Below, piece by piece: positions 24,036 through 36,505 of a DNA stretch of 64,000 nt (position 1 is the first letter of the stretch; each line of letters opens with the position of its first letter). The notes under the pieces were generated by a model. That model was not told the origin of the DNA. It was given only the letters and a program-made list of their open reading frames with translations, and made no database searches. Location of the stretch: the NCBI GenBank assembly GCA_010405405.1, contig MU004240.1, positions 572,316 to 636,315 on the forward strand, read 5' to 3'. The position numbers and the translations under genes are program-made. The stretch is from Microthyrium microscopicum. Taxonomy: Eukaryota.

Positions 24036-25942
24036 TCAAAGCTTGGCACCTTGCTTCTTTCTCTCCGCGCGATCTTTGTCCCGAAGGAGTCGACGCAAGA
24101 TCTTGCCACTTGGACTCTTTGGAATCTCGTCGATAAACTCTATGCCACCAGCAAGCCATTTATGCTTGCTCTTCTCTCTCTCGACATGACGAGCAATTTC
24201 TCGTTTTGTCATGCGCTCTGATTCCTCGAGACCAATGCTGTTGGACTTGACCACGTAGGCTTTTGGTACCTCACCAGCTCTGTCGTCCGGCACGGCTATG
24301 ACACAGCAGTCGGCAACTGCTGGATGCGTGAGAAGATGAGCCTCGAGTTCTGCTGGAGCCACTTGGAGACCCTGACGGAGTTAGCCAAGAACACAGCCTA
24401 ACCATGCAACTAATCTTACCTTGACTTTAATAAGCTCCTTGATCCGGTCGGTGATAAATATATGCTCGTTACCACTCGGAGCGATTCTCACAACGGCTTC
24501 ATCGCCTGTACGCATCCAACGACCTTGAGAATCAGTGATGTATGTTTCCTTATTCGCTTCTTCGCGCTTGAAGTATCCTAGTGTGACAGCTGGACTCTTT
24601 ACCCAGAGCTCACCAGGGGAATCATAGGCTGTAATTTCCTCCATGGAGACAGGATCGATAATCTTGCATTCCACGTGTGGTATTATGGAGCCCGATGAGC
24701 CAAACCAGATATCGTGACCGGACGAAGAACAAACCACAGTCGCCGTCTCCGTCAGGCCATATCCTTGACGAATTAACCATGATGGATATTGTTTTGAGAG
24801 CTCATCTGCAGTCTCCGCTCCTAGTGGAGCAGCCCCCGTGAAGATGATTTTCACACTGCTTATGTCAAACTTTTCGAGTGCAGCTTTGTTCTTGACCATG
24901 GCAATGATGATTGGCGGGACCAAGTAGAGCGAAGCAATTTTAAATTGTTGAATCGAAGTCAAGTACTGTACCATGTCAAACTTGGGCAAAACAATAACTC
25001 CGTCGCCGCGATATGGTGAGACATGGCAGATGACTACCAACGAGTAAATATGGCTCATTGGAAGGAGTCCTAGGCAATTCTCCTGGTACCGTTTGCCCTC
25101 TGTAAATGGAATCGTCTTTCGATAGAAGTTGTCGAACGAGGCAATTTGCAATGAGTTTGCGATCACGTTAGCATGCGATATCATCACGCCTTTCTGTAGG
25201 ACATTAAAAACAGACAGACCCAATCATTTGACATGAACTTACCGGTAATCCGGATGTTCCACTAGAATAGCATAGGAACGCCGTTTTCTTGGCGCCATCA
25301 CCTTTCTGCCAGTTCAACGACTCCAACTTTGGCAATTTCCCGCCACGCTCGACTAGATCGCTCACCGTCGTGAACCCTTCTGCTTTCGCACCACCTGTTA
25401 TCGCATCTGGTAGCTCGAGTATATAAACGCGATTTTTTGGAATGCCAGCTTTCGCGGCAGCCTCGAGCGTAGTCTTCAACAATGGCAGGCAAGTAAATAT
25501 ACATTTGGCGCCACTGTCTTTCATCTGGAAAGCGACCTCGGCAGTGGAATATGCGGCGTTGGCAGGAGTCTGAAGGCCTCCAAGGAGATGGGTCGCCCAG
25601 GCGAGAGGAAGGGTATCGAGCTGTCTTGCATTAGAGACAGGACCGTCTACGGAAGATTTGACCTACAGTATTCACGCTGAACACGCCAACGACTTTATCC
25701 CACTCGCTGCCTTGATTAACCTGCCATCCAAGCTCTTGTGCTAATCCGCGTGCAAGAAAATCGACGCGCTCTTTCAGCTCCACAGGCGAGACTGTTTGGC
25801 CTGTTACACCACAGGTGAAGAAGGGTCGCGATTCGCTGAGCGGTACTCGGCCATGCTCCTCATTGAAAATGAATTCTGGGATAGAGATGGAATCCGGGGG
25901 GCTGGGCATGGAAGGAACCCATGATGGCGGATAGAAAACCAT
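24036..25942 (-). CDS. Peroxisomal aryl/acyl-CoA ligase (4-coumarate / phenylacetyl-CoA ligase-like, AMP-binding)
   Basis: 'YSSGTSGLP/KGVMISH', 'QGYGLTET', 'MRTGDE', 'DRIKELIKVK', 'IPKSPSGKILRR'. C-terminal PTS1 AKL; 3 introns. Confidence 0.95.
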
Positions 25943-27046
25943 GACTTTGGTGCTTTGAAGATGGATCTCTCTACCTACCACCTAAAATACATAGGCAGGC
26001 AAGATGTAAATAATGAACTTGTGATAAGAGGGACGGAGAAAAGGATGTGGAAGATAGCAAAACAGTCAGCAGGAGGAATCTACGATCTCCAAAGGGTACA
26101 GGTTGTCCACAAAGTGATGATATCCACCCGCCTCCACACGACGCTAAGTCGGCAAAAAGGGAGTGGAGTGTGGAGTGTGTGGGGAGCACGTTTCTAGAAT
26201 TATTACCGACATGCGGGGGTGGAGCTTGGACCTTTCCCCAGGATTTATATCAAACTCAGCCTGATACTGAAGTTTGCCAGACCTCGCGTTTCTGCTCTCA
26301 TTTTTGTATGAGGTTTTATGATGTGGCAATTCTAGTCATGACACCAGTCGACAACTAGACTGCTATGACTAGGTAGTGATATGGGCGGGTTCAATAAAAG
26401 CCCGTGATGGAAAAATTAGCATAAGCAAGTGGCATTTGTGAGCAGTAGGCTCATCTACAGCGGGTAATACCCTTTTCGGATAAGTTTCTTAGTCCTGTTG
26501 ATGGTATAAATCATGTTCCACATACTTTGAAATACTGCTCATCTAGAAGGAGAGTAGCAGCCATCGATATCCTATGTTTCACCTGTATCTACTTCCTCAT
26601 GCGAAGGAACACCATGCTGCGACAGAAGGTAGGGAAATATTGAGGTTGAGGAAGCAAAGGTTTTTGGGCAGAATAGAGCTTCCATTCAGGCGGGAGATAC
26701 GACTCTACCTTTCATAATGCATTTGATCGCACTGATCTTTTTGCTTCAGCCTGCGCTTGTTGCACAGAAATTGCCACATCAGTATAGGACATGGCTGTCG
26801 ATTGTCTTTGCTATACATGTCCGCCAAGATCAGCTTCAGGTAAGAATGATGAAGTCTATTACATTTGATTAGGTCAGTCCCTAGTTATTGTGCTGGTGGT
26901 CTCCGTGATAATGAATAGTACATCTTGTTGATCCTGTTGCTTTCTGCTGTTTCTCTGGGACAGCGATCAATTTTAACTTCCTCTAACTTCCAGTTGCCTG
27001 TAACATGAAAATGTTAGTGCTCGTTGTTCCAAGCAAATAAAAAGGT

Positions 27047-27893
27047 TCAAGGCGGGCACTCTACCTTATTAAAAACAGCTTGACCGGTCATTGCCATGTT
27101 ATCAACCGCACTCTTCAGAGTACCGCCCACAAGCATGACCGTTGCAGCCACCACCTTGAGCTGCTTTTGTTCAAGCAGTTTTTGCGCATTGAAGCCCCAT
27201 CTATCAATCAAATCCTGGCTTTGCTGTGACCCACTGAGAGCTGGGTAGTCTTTCTGCAACGCCTGAAGATCGTCGTGGCTGATATTGACCTGTCCCGAGG
27301 AACTGCTTGGACGGCTGAGAATGAAGACGTAGCGATGTGGCCTTGCGGAACTGTGTTGAAGAAATTATCAGCGCGATGAATTGGAGGCATGGCCCCAAAC
27401 AGGTTCGTACGTACATGTAGTTGGGCAGAGGAGCAGGCCCAATATATGGCGAGATGGCTGACTCTTTTGGTACAACAACCTTGCCGGAGGTATCAACAGA
27501 TACGCCAGTAGCTAGCCAATGCCGTACTTGGCCAAAGTTCGCGTCATTCTCGCCCAGCAGGTCCTGCGATATGTCAGCTCTGAATTGGAAGTTAAAAGAG
27601 CAGTGTGGAACTAACAGGGTCGGCCATGATAAGTACGTAGTCGTCGTGCTTTTCATCAGGCTGAGAGTCATTAGCATTGTTCACTTTTCACGTCGCTCGA
27701 ATTTCCATACAGTTGGGTTCAATTGAAGCGTTGGCTCAGGTTGTGTAGCCTCGCGGTCCAACTCTTTTCCAGGGACGTCAATGCTGACATTTGGCCACTC
27801 TACAATGAGGCCATATTCTACGGAAGTGCTTTCTGGTAACACATCTGGAATGACCTTGTTCTGGTGAAGTATAGCTGTTCGATCCTGCGACAT
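27047..27893 (-). CDS. Phosphatidylethanolamine-binding protein (PEBP) family
   Basis: 'VIPDVLP', spliced 'YVLIMADP/DLL...QVRHWL', 'YIGPAPLP', 'PHRYVFIL'. Confidence 0.88.
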
Positions 27894-30206
27894 GATGAGA
27901 GCAATCTAAGCCGGTTTGATATCTCGAACGGTGGTGAATGCGGTCTGGTTCACGAGATATGGGCAAACAATGCGTACCAAATTGATGACTGAATGGTGTA
28001 AACGAAAAAGGTAAATTTTGAAGAGCGGCAATCGCCATCATACACATTCAGACAGGGACATTTGTTATGACGTTAACATGACGACAACGACCCTGAGGCC
28101 AAAGACTGTGGCGGATGAGCGTGTTGTGCTACTGACGCATGCATGCATGAAGATTATTCCATCTCGAATAGCAGAGTAGACAAGAATTACCACCTCAACA
28201 CGAAGAAAATACTGGACGCAGAATCGATAAGATCATTGGCGACACCGAATCGATCATGATCTCCACGTTGTGCCTAGCTTGATGGAGGTTCGGCTGTCAA
28301 CGAGGTCAGCACTCTTCAAGGCTGAGGCTCAGCTTCAGGTAAGATTCTAGGACACAAATAGCGAGGCAAATTGAGAAAGTAGCAAGTATTGCTCGTGATA
28401 GAAGATATACTTTTTTCTGTTTGGCAAACAACAATTGATGTAGAAAGAATGGCGCTAATCCTAAACAGGGGGTAACTAAAAGCTCGTTGTGCGTTCCTAA
28501 CGACGCGTCGTGCCTGACCCATCCTTTTCTCAAATGCCAATTGCCAGTGTCGGAATTACCTGTCTGCCTTTTGCAGCAAGCTGTCGTGCTCTACGCGCAT
28601 AAAAATGTCAACTATGATACATGCCCTGGTAGCGACGACTTCAAGAACAAGGTGATAAGTACTGGTTCACGCGTTGTGCTGACCTTAGTCATAGAGCTCT
28701 TCATGTTTTAGCCAAAGTACAATTCATTACCTTTTGAATCCTCTACTCCTTCCTACCTTACCTCCATATTCTTGTGTTTGACCATAGAGCTTGGATCCGC
28801 AGGTTTTCCTGGCCAGTTGTGCAACTTGCTTGTGACATGTGCGCCATTCGCAATCAATTGTTGCCTGTTTGGCGCTAGGAGATACCCAATCGTGCCGGGT
28901 CCATCGCATATATACCTGGCCGACCAGTATGATACCAGAGAGGGGGATCAGAGGCTGATATTCTGCATATCTTGGGAGGCCTGGAGGTCGTGGCTTTCAT
29001 CGATCTCATGATGACTCAAAGAGCATGGGAATGTTTATAAGGCCATGAATGGATTTCAAGTTCGGATCGATCAACGTATGCTATCAGGCAAAGGACCATG
29101 AGAAGCTCGGCTTCTTCATGGTATTGAGAATTTGTGATACATTGCCTCGGACTGGACATTGGCAACAGATCGTGCCTGGCCGTACTGTGTTTCAGCTAAC
29201 ATATGGAATGAAACTTCCCAGATTCTACGATCAATTGGACTGGAGACTTTTCCTAGGTACTAATGCCGGAATGTATCGGCTTTTTAGTTCCCGCAACTCC
29301 ATTGGACTTCTCTGCTCCGACTTTGGAAGGAGCTTGAAATGTCAAATGTCCTCTATCCTTGAGTTTCTTCACCCAAACCTTCATCAAGTGGACACTCGCG
29401 ACTTGCAGGTCATGTTGATACTTAGCAAATTCCGATGAAAGAGGTGAAGACCAATGAGGAACAATGAATTCTATATGATTCGATGTCAATATGGCTCAGA
29501 TGTCCACGCGGGGTCTGTGTGCCTGCTCTTTCTATTTTCTACAGGCTTTCGCCAGGCGCTCTTTCCCTCTGCTGCGCGGCAACCTCAGCTCGCAATAGCG
29601 TGCTGGTCCTGGTGATGGAATCCGAAATCACTTGGACAAGATGACATGACCTCAATCAGTCACCTCTTCCCCACATGCACCTTGAAAACTCCTCATCCTC
29701 ATCAGCGGCGCTGATTATTGTTGAGCTTACTTGGCGAGAGTACTCTGGAGCCCGTCTCAGGCAGCCTATCCTCTACCTCATTAGCTGTTCTCCACAACTC
29801 GACCTGTCAAAGCTCTCAAAGCTCTCAAAGCTCTCAATGACTCGCCTCAATCGCGAAACCAGCTTGTGGTGACCTGCTACCAGAAGTGAATTGAGACTAA
29901 GATCGAAGCCTCGTATCGGCACTTAAAATATCCACCATTCATCCAGATCAATCCTCTTGTTCTGCAACTACATCCACGCCACAGACTCAAAATCGATTTG
30001 CCAAAAGCATCTTTGCTCCTTATATCAACTCGAGTCCTCCTGTTCTGTTCGATATACGCCCTGCGTTCTCGTATTTCGATTTCGTAGTTCGGATTTGGAT
30101 TTGGATTTCGTTTGACCAACGCCTACGCGCACGCTCGTCTTTGCACTTTCCCATCTCAGCGCGCTCTCCCAAAACACGCATCGCCTTGCATCCACATCTA
30201 TATAAC

Positions 30207-32579
30207 ATGTCTCCACCTCGCCGCTCGTCCAAACGCGCGGCTGATCAAAACCCCGTCACTTCGTATTTCCTACCCAGCAATGCCACAAGCTCCTCCCCGG
30301 TCTCCAAAAAGCAAAAGATGATCGAGAACACAATCTCCTCTGCTGAAATTGTGCCTACTTTGAACCAAACTCTACCAATCCCTTCTTCTTCGACACTTTA
30401 CCCATTATCAGCGCACAATGGTACGACAGAGCCGTTCGAAGTCAGATTTGCGAGGGTGAAATCAATCGCTGCTCTGCCAAATGCAGAAAAACCACTGCCT
30501 GTCGGAGAGCCGCCTGTCTGGTCCAAATATCGCAACACGATGTGCGAAACCCTGGACTACTTTCGAGCATACCAGAGCGGAACTTCCTCCAAAGGCGAGC
30601 TGTACCGAGGCAGCTTGATAGCTGGCACCACTTATCCTGGTGACTGGCAGGACGCGAATCGAATCATCAGCCGGCATGGTGGATGTTCCGGAAAACAGGA
30701 TGGAAAGTCTGGGCTTATTAAGAGTCAAAAGTGGGACCTTCAGTCTACAGCCTTTCAGAGGCTCATCGACGACCAAATACCCATCCCCTTTATTGTCGGT
30801 TCAGATTATGAAGGTAGCATCTGTCAGCTTCCCAGCGATAAGCCGTTCTCTGTCATGGGACATTTTCTGCCACAGTATATGTGGATGGCCCGTCAAGGAA
30901 AGCACAACATCATCCGATACTCTCTGCGCCGGTTGCCAGATCAGCCGGCTTGGTGGAATGGTCAAGGATTACCAACTCTCGACGACGTACTACCTCCACC
31001 ACAGGAGCTAGAATGCGCGACGTGCTGCAAGTCATATCTTCAGGTCTATACCGCTTGGATGTGTCTAAATGAGAAATGTGCGGAGTTCTGCAAAGTTTCT
31101 GGCACCCAGCTTGATTGCGCCGTGCTGGAGTACAATCCGCATTTTCTGTGCATGGAGCTGCCAACACCCATTCCTCAGCCCACAGAACCACTTGTTCCAC
31201 ACCAGTTTGTTCCCTCAACCGGTGAAAACTATGCCTTCAATCTCGCAGTTCGTGCAACTAAAGGCAATGTTTGTCCCACGTGCCGACAATGTGTTGGTCG
31301 AAGTCGTCTAGTTGGCAAAGCCTGGGAGTGTGACAATCCTGACTGTAACTATTCCATTACAGTGCCGCAAGGGGTGCTCACCGGCCCAAATGTTACTGCT
31401 GAGCAGCGTCCTTTATTATACAACGGACAGGCAAGATGTAACGACGTGGTTTGCCAGGACTTGAACTCGCCCATCACCATTCGCAAATTCTTCGACGGCG
31501 CATACACGTACAAGCGCTATGACATCCCCGGGACAGACAGCTTCGTTGTTCATATTGCCCCGAATAGAAGTGGTCTGGAAGGACCAGCTCGTCCGCATGA
31601 TCTTTTCGAGTCACTACAGAAGGAGGACGTTGGAATGAAGCGCCGATTTGTGGGGCCACATCGCGGGCACACAGCCAAATTCACGGCACAATTCAGCACC
31701 AACGTGGGCTTACCATACAACTATGTTGCTGCTGAACAGAATATCAACGAATCTACGACGTCTTTTGCTGAGTCTCCACAGGTTTTGCACGACGCTTTCG
31801 CTGGGTGCAACAACTGGGGTAAAGTAGCTGTCGGTGATGGCTATCTGAACTGCAATGAAATGCTGGCACTGGGATATCTGGAGAAAAATAAGATAGGCTA
31901 TCATTCAGATGGCGAAGAAACCCTCGGTCCAACGATCATCACCCTGAGCCTTGGTCACGTTGCCCAAATGAAGCTGCGGATGAAAGAAAAGTACTGGCAA
32001 GGATACAGCGATAAGAACGTCTACGCCGACAAGAAGAAGCCGGTACCTAATTGCTGCAACTATGAAGAGCGGCTCAAGGCCTGGGAGACGATTGCCAGTA
32101 TCCAGGCGGACCCATCGAAACTTCAGGCAAAGAAAATCGAAGAGATCCAGGCTATTCAGGCAGCCACTGTCGCCAGCTCCAAGAAGGCTAAAAAATCGCT
32201 CACGCTCTTCTTGGACATGGAGCTCAACCATGGTGATGTTGTCATCATGCATGGCGAGCCATTACAGGAATTCTTTGAGGTGAGATATTATTGTTATTCT
32301 TCATCAGTCTAAAACTAACTTTCTTAGCATGGTGTTGAACCCAAAGGGAACATGAGATTTGCGCTGACTACCCGACACATTCTTCCACATAAGGTTCAGA
32401 ATGTACTTCCCGACGGTTTTGATGCATCAATTCCGACGGTTCAATTCACCCACCCTCTGGCTTCGTCTCCTGGTCAAGGCTTTGCAGATGGGGTCAATTA
32501 TCCCAAATGGCTTCATCCTGATGCGACCAGCCAAACAGACAATTCTGACCCTCCGCCCACTGAACAGAGCATTGTGTAG
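30207..32579 (+). CDS. AlkB-like 2OG-Fe(II) dioxygenase with N-terminal SRA/SAD-like and Cys-cluster regions
   Basis: 'LDYFRAYQSG...RIISRHGG', CxxC clusters, 'FSTNVGLPYNY', HxD 'IGYHSDGE', 'GPTIITLSLG', 'LNHGDVVIMHG'. After intron 32280-32327: 'HGVEPKGNMRFALTTR' (distal His and RxxxxxR). Confidence 0.88.
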
Positions 32580-33059
32580 GACTCTGATGCTCTTCAGATG
32601 GGAAAGGCGACAGTGCTGTCGGTCGAGGATACTGAGATAGAAGAAGCGTCCCCGGAGTACGAAAAGATCTTGGTTCCCAACATCGTGGAGGCACTGGGCA
32701 CCTACGGTCGTCCTGAAGATGAAGAGATGAAGGACATCTGATTGCTCTTCGGAACAGGATGCGATGTAGAAGACTTGTAGGGAGCGGATGCTTGTTGATT
32801 GAATTTTGGATAACGCTTAACGCGAACATATATAGCAGAATAACAGCCAGGTTCAGACGCATTAATAGACGCATTACTTCACTTCTTCCTCCATCGATCT
32901 ACGCTGCATGATGTGACTCCCCTATGTTTTGGAATACAAACCTTTGTCTTGTGCCAGATGAAGGTTGCCCATGATTTATTGGGTTCCATGCCATAAGTGC
33001 CTGACTTCCTATAGTATTGATAATCACATGTACTTCAACTTTTGATCCTCACCTCTACA

Positions 33060-33245
33060 CGTAATCTCGTTGTGCTGGAAGAAGGCCCTGCGTTGGTGGA
33101 TATTCCGGCTGAAAATTCAATCCTAAAGATTGTAAATGAAAAGTTTGCGGACTGGACAGTGTTTGGCGTCGCGCATCGGCTAAACAGCATTAAGATTGGA
33201 TCTGATAGTCATGATGGATCACGGGCGCGTTGTTGAGTTTGCCAC
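33060..33245 (+). pseudogene. Relic of the C-terminal nucleotide-binding domain of an ABCC-type ABC transporter
   Basis: 'LVVLEEGPALVD...IVNEKFADWTVFGVAHRLNSI', then after a frameshift 'DLIVMMDHGRVVEF'. This is a decayed Walker B, D-loop and H-loop; the rest of the gene is absent. Confidence 0.75.
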
Positions 33246-33499
33246 TTGGTGGCTACAGCAGTGGTGAGATATAGACTCCATATCCGGAGGGTCTATGAGG
33301 CGCAGGGAATCACGGGAAGATGGAGTAGCAGTCCAAGTCTAGATTGAAGAGTGCGTGTATCTATAAACCCAGTATCTACACAGCAGAAAGGTCTAAAGTC
33401 TTTTTTCCTTTTTTCTTCAGACATCAGACTAGACAATATACGGTTCACAAAACACAAAACATGATCATGCCTACCTCAGGCCCAACAAGCCGTCAACGC

Positions 33500-36400
33500 T
33501 TAAGGCCTTAGCCCTGATCGCGGATGGTGCTTGAAATACTCGGCCGCTTGCTTCCCATCATCACTCTCGCCCGCAGCATCCTCGTCAGAGCCTAGCTCTT
33601 CAGCGGGGGTAACCATTCCATTGCATATTCCGCGCGCGACGATCCCCGGGTGCAGTAGCTCTGCTGTAGAAGTAGAATCAGCACGGACACTGGCAGCAGG
33701 AGTAGTAGCAGGAGCATCACCAACCGGCTGTGAGGTTGTAGTAGCACTCGGCTTCCTCTCTTCATCTATATGCCGCTCTTTCATGAGTTTATAAGCGTGT
33801 TGCTGACCCAATACAAACCCTTGATCGTAGCCTTGTCCGCGACCGAGTGCGAGACCATCGTTGTAGCCAGCGCTGTAGCCCACGTGGTAGTCAGGATGGA
33901 AGCCAGCGGCTGCCTCGCGAGGGATCTGGCTCTGAGAGGGCGTGTCCTTTGCTTTTGTGGAAGGTCCCGACTCCTTGGCTTGGTTGCCGCTTGTAGTTGC
34001 TTGCCCAGCTGGAGGCTGCCAAGCTGCAGGAGAATTTGGCGGCGCATCAACGGACGTGGTGCTCGGCGGATCGATGGCAGTAGGCTGGCGAGCAACGTTG
34101 TTCTGACGACCACGCTCAGGACCATTGGCCGCCTTACCAGTAACAGTAGCCGTTTTCGATCTTGTAACCCGACCAGAAGCAGCAGTACGAGGATCAGGAG
34201 TCGGATGCACAGCAACAGTCCGACTAGAAACAACATCCCGAGAAGCCTCTGAAGGATCGCGCCACCAGGCCGCAGCGACTTGGCCCGTAGGCAAAGACCA
34301 GTTTGGCTTAAAGACGCCCTTCGCTGGAGGATGGTATTCTGTGGGGCCAACATCCATCTGGCGGGCCGTCACCGCCATTCTGAAAGGTCCCTTGAACAAC
34401 ACCTGATGCTGAAAATACTCCTGGATGATTCTATTGTGCATCAACGAGAATCCACCATGCACCACAGGGAATACCAGTAGCTGTGTCGGACAAGCATTGT
34501 GTTTGTTGGTCTTCATCTTTGGATCCTTTTTCCACGTCAAGATCTTTTCTGCCCGCTCTTTGCCTGTCAGACCGTCTAGTTCGTCCTATCGTTCTAGACG
34601 TTTCCGCCAGTTGCAGGAGCCGATCAGGGGCTTTTCGTCTATCCACTTGCCACCTTTGGTATGACCAAAGTACTTTTCGTATTTCAGGCGAAAATACATT
34701 TTGCCAGAACAACCTAGGGACAGACTCATGATGTTATTCCCAACGGCAGATCCGCCAGTAGCTTCACTGTCATCGTGATAGGTCATGCCGGAATCTTCTT
34801 GGTATGCGGCGATGAGCATTTGATTGAATTGCTCGGTAGCGTTGGGGGCTGCTTTGTTTAAATAATAAGTCATACGATCGCGCAAATCATGGATGATTTC
34901 AGGTGCTTGTTCGAACGACGGCCCGCTTGAGGACGCCAGGTATTTGTAAGCTGCACCAATATTGAGTTGGAAATACTGGCTGTATGCTATACCATTGTCC
35001 ACTGCAAACATCTATTAGACCTCGAATCTTTTTGAAAGAGAACAGCGTTCAGGAGTAAAGCGTGTTGGAGGTGGAGACTTACTGCCATATGCACGAATCT
35101 TTGAGTTCCTTTGCACTTCGAAATGCTCTCCATTAGGTCTCTGTGGATCAACTGGTCCATAATCTGCAGCCTGGAGTTCTTTGAAATTCTGATTGACACC
35201 GCCTGGACCTTCTAATGGAGTTTTGTCGGGCGTGCCAACCATGATGAAAGCATCAGCAAGAACCGGATCCAAGAAGGTGTATTTGGTCAATTTGTAGGCG
35301 CCATCCCAGGTTTCCGTAGCTGCGATCAGGTCCTGGCCTGCCTTCTGAATACAATCGACTAGAGAAGGTCCCTCGCCCGTTCTGGGGCTATGATTTGGAA
35401 TACAATCATTTATGCTCAGGATAGAACTTGGAAAGTCCCACGAGCGTGGTGTTGACCCATGATCACTTGGACATTGAATAGCTCCCTCAGCAATGCGTAG
35501 CCGAGGCACGACTTGATGACATCCTCCATCCCCAGCACATACCACTCCACGCATTGCTAATTCCGTCCAGTACTCAATGGCCGGATTCACGCCGGCTCTA
35601 GGTGTGAAGAGTGGTGGAATGAGATCACCCACAACATGTTGATTAGTGAGCTGTGTTTCTTGCTTCAAAAACCGAGGATCATACAGTGCCAAATCGTCGT
35701 TCTGAGGCTCTAACCTGTTTTGCAACTGCCAAAAGCTCTTGCAATTCCCATTGAGACACATCCAGTCGACCACAAAAATCTGCCAGCTGGGCTGTTTACA
35801 AGCCCCGCAAGTCTGTTTGACAGCAGGTGGGAAACCTCCGGAGGGAATTATCTCTGCCACTTCTTTAGCTTTCTCAGGCCACCAAGGGGGATGGCTCCGG
35901 TCCACTCGCTCCATCCGCATGACAGCTGTGGGCTTTAGTTTATCGTCACACAGTCTCATCTCATCCCAGCGATGGGTGACAATGAACCAGTCAAGAACAT
36001 TGTATGTGTTTTCCTTGAAAGAGAACGGTGCACGTTCAAATCCTCCTTGTATTAGAACAGCGACAGGGCGTTGACTTTGAATAGCTTCTGTTACGGCAAT
36101 ATCGTGACCTGGGCCACGCCCCGGGCCTCGAGTGATGATTGTATTGCCGTCAAAATAATCACGGTCAAAAGTGTTCTTGGCCATCAGCAAGCCGAGAAAC
36201 TTGGACGATCCTATTTCCTTCGATGATTTATGGGTATAGATGCCACCATCCATGATTCTGAAGTACGGCACGCATGTGGTCAGGACTTGGCGACTGCTTG
36301 ACTGGACAGGAGGAGTAGATATCAGCGGTTTGGGTTCTTGTCTTACTGAATCATAGGCGAGCTTACTGGCCTCCCCCAGGGTCTTCTGCTCACCATTGAT

Positions 36401-36505
36401 GGTGACTTGTATTGCAAAGGTAGGAGAATGTCGTACAGCATTGGGAATATGGAAAGGTCCGGTGGCTTGAGCCAACTGGTTCGTGGTGCGACGTCTAGGC
36501 GGCAT
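33500..36505 (-). pseudogene. Paralogous SRA-like/AlkB dioxygenase interrupted by one in-frame TAG (34586-34588)
   Basis: Same motif order as the 30207 gene: 'VPYFRIMDGG', 'CGACKQPSWQIF..WMCLN..C', 'YHDDSE', 'IMSLSLG', 'VVHGG..LMH', 'QHQV..RMAVTAR'. One intron ~35003-35082. ORFs 34586..35011 and 33500..34540 are in the same frame, separated only by the TAG. Confidence 0.8.

Noticed and set aside
28300..29500. ORFs 28772 and 29049, and a 12-bp match (tgcgttcctaac) to the intronic MITE relic
   Set aside because: No family recognised, and the surrounding sequence does not align to the MITE or form inverted arms.
29809..30108. Microrepeats (aaagctctc)x3 and (ggattt)x3 upstream of the AlkB gene
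   Set aside because: Ordinary short slippage repeats with no further structure.
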